NCBI RefSeq assembly: GCF_018350175.1
Contig: NC_058368.1
Coordinates: 173,974,001 to 174,038,000, forward strand
From: Felis catus
Lineage: Eukaryota
Length of the DNA: 64,000 bases
Direction: 5' to 3'
The position numbers and the translations under genes are program-made. A model generated the notes under the pieces. The model searched no databases and was not told where the DNA came from. It worked only from the letters and a program-made list of their open reading frames with translations. This document shows positions 59,916 through 64,000 of the stretch, piece by piece (the stretch's first letter is position 1; the number at the start of each line of letters is the position of its first letter).

Positions 59916-62364
59916 CTGTTTAACATTAAGCCAAACCACCCGAGTCCTGTAATGCTCCCCTGGGCCAGTGCTTTCCTGTCTCCAAAGCCCTCACACAACC
60001 ATTAGCTCCTTTGATCTGCACATCAGCCAGGTGGGGAACACAGGACAGGCATTAATATCTGCCTTAAAAAGTGATTATCCATGGCACAGAAACATCATGA
60101 TCACATGGACAGAAACCAGAATGAAATGCCTGTAGGCTCAAGACTTTAGTAAATCAATTTTAAAAATTCGATGTGCAGGAATTGTAGCAAAGAGGAAAGA
60201 GTCTGCATTCTGAGCCAGGTCTTCCTTGCTTTCTTTCCTGGTCTGGCTGTTTGCTTACTCTGCGACCCAGGACAAATCTCAGCTACTTCTCTGAGGCTTG
60301 GCCATCCTTTCTGTAAAATGGAGATCAGATTCCCTCAAACAGGTACAGTGCAGAGGCATTTCCTGGGCCACGCTCTCTTGTGTGCATCCTTTATGGAGAC
60401 TGTGCGGTATTCCACAGGCTTAACCACTTGACTGTTGCCGGACATAGTGACAGTAGCTACCATTCGTTGAGTGCTTGATCTTGCTGGATGCCAGGCCAAG
60501 CAGTGTATCTTCACTAGCTCATTCAATCCTTCCTGCTACTCTGGTAGGTGCTGTTAACCCCCCTGTTTTGCAGATGAGGTTAAGTGACTTGCCCAAAGCC
60601 ACACAGCCCGTAAATGGAGGAGTCAGGATTGGAAGCCAAGTAATCAAACTTGAGAGCTTTATACTCTCTGCTCTGGTAGGATTTTTTGTCCCCATTTTAT
60701 GGATGAGGAAAATGAGGCTCAGGGAAGTCCACGACTTTACCTGGGCAGAACTGGGATGAGACAGAAACCAGATCTTCCAATTTTTGACCTGTGCCCTCCA
60801 GCCCACCCCTATGCACCCTGGGGCAGTGTCTATATGTCTCATTCTTCCTGAACTGGGACCAAGTGGCTGATAAAGGAGTAGCCTTCTAGCTTCTGCCCCA
60901 CAACCAGCTAAAGACTTAAGGATGGGGTTGAGGGGATCACTGGTAAGCCGAGGAATCTTAGTTCTACTCTGGAAACCACTCTTCTCTCTCCCCACCTCCC
61001 GTCTCTTGCCTCCCTCCAAGAGCTCTGTACCAATTAATCAGCAGACATCCAAAGCTCCAGCTGGGACCAAGTGGGCTGGACTCATTAGTACAGAATGACA
61101 TTAATATCCAAAAAATTTCGAGACAAATGCAATGATTCAGGGAAGGCGCCTGCATAGGGATAGCTCAGAAGTTGGTGTGGGCAAGGGAGCTGTGGTAAGG
61201 GGCAGAGAGGAAACAGTGCAGATGTGGTAGGAGGAGAACAAGACCAGGTCCCCAAGATGCCCGGTGGGAAGGGAGGAGACAGCAACTCTACCTTGGGCAG
61301 GGTCTATCCTCTTGTGCAGTCTAACCCCTTCCTCCCTGGACTGTCCAAAGAGGAATCCAGGGACTATAATGCCTCTTCCCCAGTGGGTCACTGTAACCTC
61401 GGGCCAGTTGGAGAGGTGGCACTATGTGGTGGCCAGATCCCAGCTGCATCTCCTTTCACCTCTCATGGTGGGGCCTTCTGCAAGTCTCCCCATCTCTTTG
61501 GGCCCCAGTCTCCTCATCCGGACCAGGGGGTAGTAACAGCAGCCCCTCAGGACTGGTGAGATGATGGCGGATGTGGACGTGCCTTGTGGAGTGTGAATCA
61601 GAGGGAAGGGATGGCATATTCCTCTCCTTCTGCTTCTCTTTCAAGGTATTCTTTAGTGGTGTTAACCAACAATACTCTGTGCCTTTGGGGACAATGGGAG
61701 TCAAACCAGCCTTTACAGAAAGTCTCAGAAATAGAATTCTGTTTCCTAAGCTATTAATTTCTTCACTCACTCAAATATTCACTCCATTCATTCACTCACT
61801 CACACACGTACTGATCACTTCCCATGTGCCACCATCGATCGACTAGGCACTGGGGATAATAAAAAGGTGGATGGGACACGATTCCCACCTCAGTGGGTCC
61901 CTCACTCGAGTGGGGATGCCAGTTAAGGGAGAGATCATTGCCATGATATTGGGTAGGGAGGGCTGTTGATTGCAGGAGCTCTGCAGCCTGGATTTTGTCC
62001 AGACATTCTGATTTCAAATCTATGGTCTCATGGTCCTCATTAACACATTGCTTATCTCCATCACTATTTTTTTTTATTAATTTTTTTTTTTTATTATCTA
62101 GGAAACGTAGTTTCCTGCAGTTCCTGCAGTTTCCTGCAGTTCTTTGGTGCTGTGGGAGTGGAATTAGCCAGGACAGGCTAGGTTATGCTGTGACAATGGA
62201 CAACCCAACCCCTGGGAGCTCAGAGGAGGGGTGACGTCCTCTGCCTGGAGCACACGTGTGTCATCAAGGAGAGCCTTTCAGAGGCGGGGACACAGAGCTG
62301 TCCCTGCAGTTAGAGAAGTTACCAGCTAGCCTGGGGGGTGGGACAGTGGGACATCATTAATTAA

Positions 62365-63302
62365 AAATATTTATTGACACCTCCTGTGTGGCAGGCAGTG
62401 TTCTAAGTGTGGGGATACAGTTGTGAACAAAACAGACAAATCTCTGCTTTCAAGGAGATGATTTTCTGGTGGGGGGCTAGAGAAAGGACAAGCAGAGCAG
62501 GGATGGTGCTTGCTGTTTTGTATCTGGTGCTCAGGACAGGGCTTGGTGACAGGTGCCACTTGAGCAGAGGCCTGGAGGAGGCAAGGGAGTGAGCCAGATG
62601 GGGATTTGGGGGAAAAGTGTAGGCAGAGGGAACACAGTGCACAGTCCCTGAGGTAGAACCTTGCTGGGCCCTGGGAGAAGCCAGGAGACTAGAGCTGCAG
62701 GGAGGGTGGCGGGCATGCAGGGATGTGGGGGGGCGGAGCGGGGAGCAGGGGTGGGCCTGTGGGTTTGGCTGCTGGACAAGTACAGAACGCCCAGTTAAAT
62801 TTGAATTTCATATAAACAACAAATAAATTTTTAGTATAATAAGTATGAACCATGCAAAACTGCCTTTCTCTGAAATTCAAATTTAACTGGGCGTCCTGTG
62901 TTTTCCTTTGCTAAATTTAGCTAGCCTAGTGTCAGGCCTCTGTAAAACTTTGGTTTGACTCTGAGATGAAAGCCACTGGAGGATTTGGAGCAGAGGAGGG
63001 ATAGGATGTGATTAGTTTTAAGGGGATCCTCTGGGTGCTATGTTGTGATCAGACTGCAGTAGGTAGGGGCAGAAGCTGTGGGTGGGGCATGGGAAGTGAG
63101 AGATGGGGGCTAGTATGGCAGTGGGAGTTTGGAAACATGAGGGGAAGCCAGACATGTTTGGAAGATGGAAGTGACCCTGTTTGCTAACAGGTTGGTCATG
63201 AGGTGGCAGAGACAGATAGGGGACAAAGAAGACTCAATGGCCTTTGGCCTGAGCAACTGGAAATACTGAGATGATGGCATGAGATGTGTGTGCATGTGTG
63301 CA

Positions 63303-63333
<31 letters not shown>

Positions 63334-63910
63334 GTGTGTTTAGACACATTGTTAAGATACCTACTCTGTAACCAGGAGGAGATATCCAGTACACGGTTGG
63401 ACGCATGGGCCTGGGCTTCTGGAGAAGACCCTTGTTTGTCACTAGTACAGATGTCATTGAAAGCTGTGCCTGCTGAGAGTACCAGGATGCTGTGGAGATG
63501 GAAGGGGCCCTGATCCAGGCATCTGCAAAGGCCTGAGGCTTTGGGGTGCACTCAGGGTACGAAGAGGGGTTGAGTGCTGATGGCTAGGCCAAATTGGTGG
63601 GGAAAATGAGGTTGGCTCAGCTTTGAGGACCAGAAGCCATGGAGGGCACTAAGCAGGGGAGTGCTGTGCCAGATCTGTGTGTTAGATCTGAGGCAGGGCG
63701 GAGGGGAACCTGGGGTCCCCTGTGTGGGGCTGGGAGGGCAGTGAGGACACTGGGGTGCCAGTCTTGGCAAAATGGGGGGAGGCCTCACCAGGACAGCAGC
63801 AGGGGGTCAGAGCCAGGGCCACAGAAGAGAGGGTGGGTTTGTGTGGGACTGATGGGGCTAGGTGGCAGACTGGATGTGGGGAGTTGAAGATGCATGTCCA
63901 GAGCCTTCAG
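62365..63910 (-). mobile_element. LINE-2 fragments interrupted by MER53 and a (GT)n repeat
   Basis: aaatatttattgacacctcctgtgtggcaggcagtgttcta L2 terminus and purine-rich L2 body. Confidence 0.65.
62781..62928. mobile_element. MER53 palindromic hAT MITE
   Basis: 29-bp inverted repeat acagaacgcccagttaaatttgaatttca (62782-62810) / tgaaattcaaatttaactgggcgtcctgt (62871-62899). Confidence 0.8.
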
Positions 63911-64000
63911 GCTCTTGCAGGGCTGCGGGGGGGGGGGGGGGTGGGCAGAGAAAGGAGTGCAGAGCCGGTTCTCCCCCAGCACCCCACGGCCACTGTGCTT

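Noticed and set aside
48500..64000. Exons of the next gene (CPLX2 expected from recalled human synteny)
   Set aside because: No complexin-like coding sequence or confidently recognisable UTR seen
1..64000. CRISPR arrays, true tRNA/rRNA genes or prokaryotic systems
   Set aside because: Mammalian DNA with no repeat-spacer arrays; tRNA-like A/B boxes belong to SINE heads

Overview
Mammalian genomic DNA, almost certainly a felid, judged by the abundant tRNA-derived carnivore SINEs of the SINEC_Fc type and the feline-type LINE-1. The first 15.6 kb holds the last four coding exons and 3' UTR of THOC3 (THO/TREX WD40 subunit, + strand). The rest is intergenic and repeat-rich, with no further protein-coding exons that I can support. 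The most notable structure is a trio of co-oriented (- strand) L1 copies that appear to have exchanged sequence at the DNA level. (1) A 5'-truncated L1 in a THOC3 intron carries a ~2.8 kb near-identical copy of the 3' half of a full-length L1 18 kb away. The copy includes that L1's tail, its target-site duplication (TSD) and ~280 bp of unique flank, and is joined through a 3-bp microhomology. (2) The two full-length L1s are independent insertions (different TSDs, 3' transductions and 5' UTR repeat counts), yet share a ~0.9 kb almost identical tract and several disabling mutations. Other points of interest: two L1 3' transductions, an internally deleted L1 with a splice-like CAG junction, a four-level nested insertion stack, divergent CTCF-like motifs and a MER53 hairpin. 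I found no evidence for a novel gene or a prokaryote-style system. Identities are estimated by eye and repeat family names come from recalled consensus sequences, not database searches.
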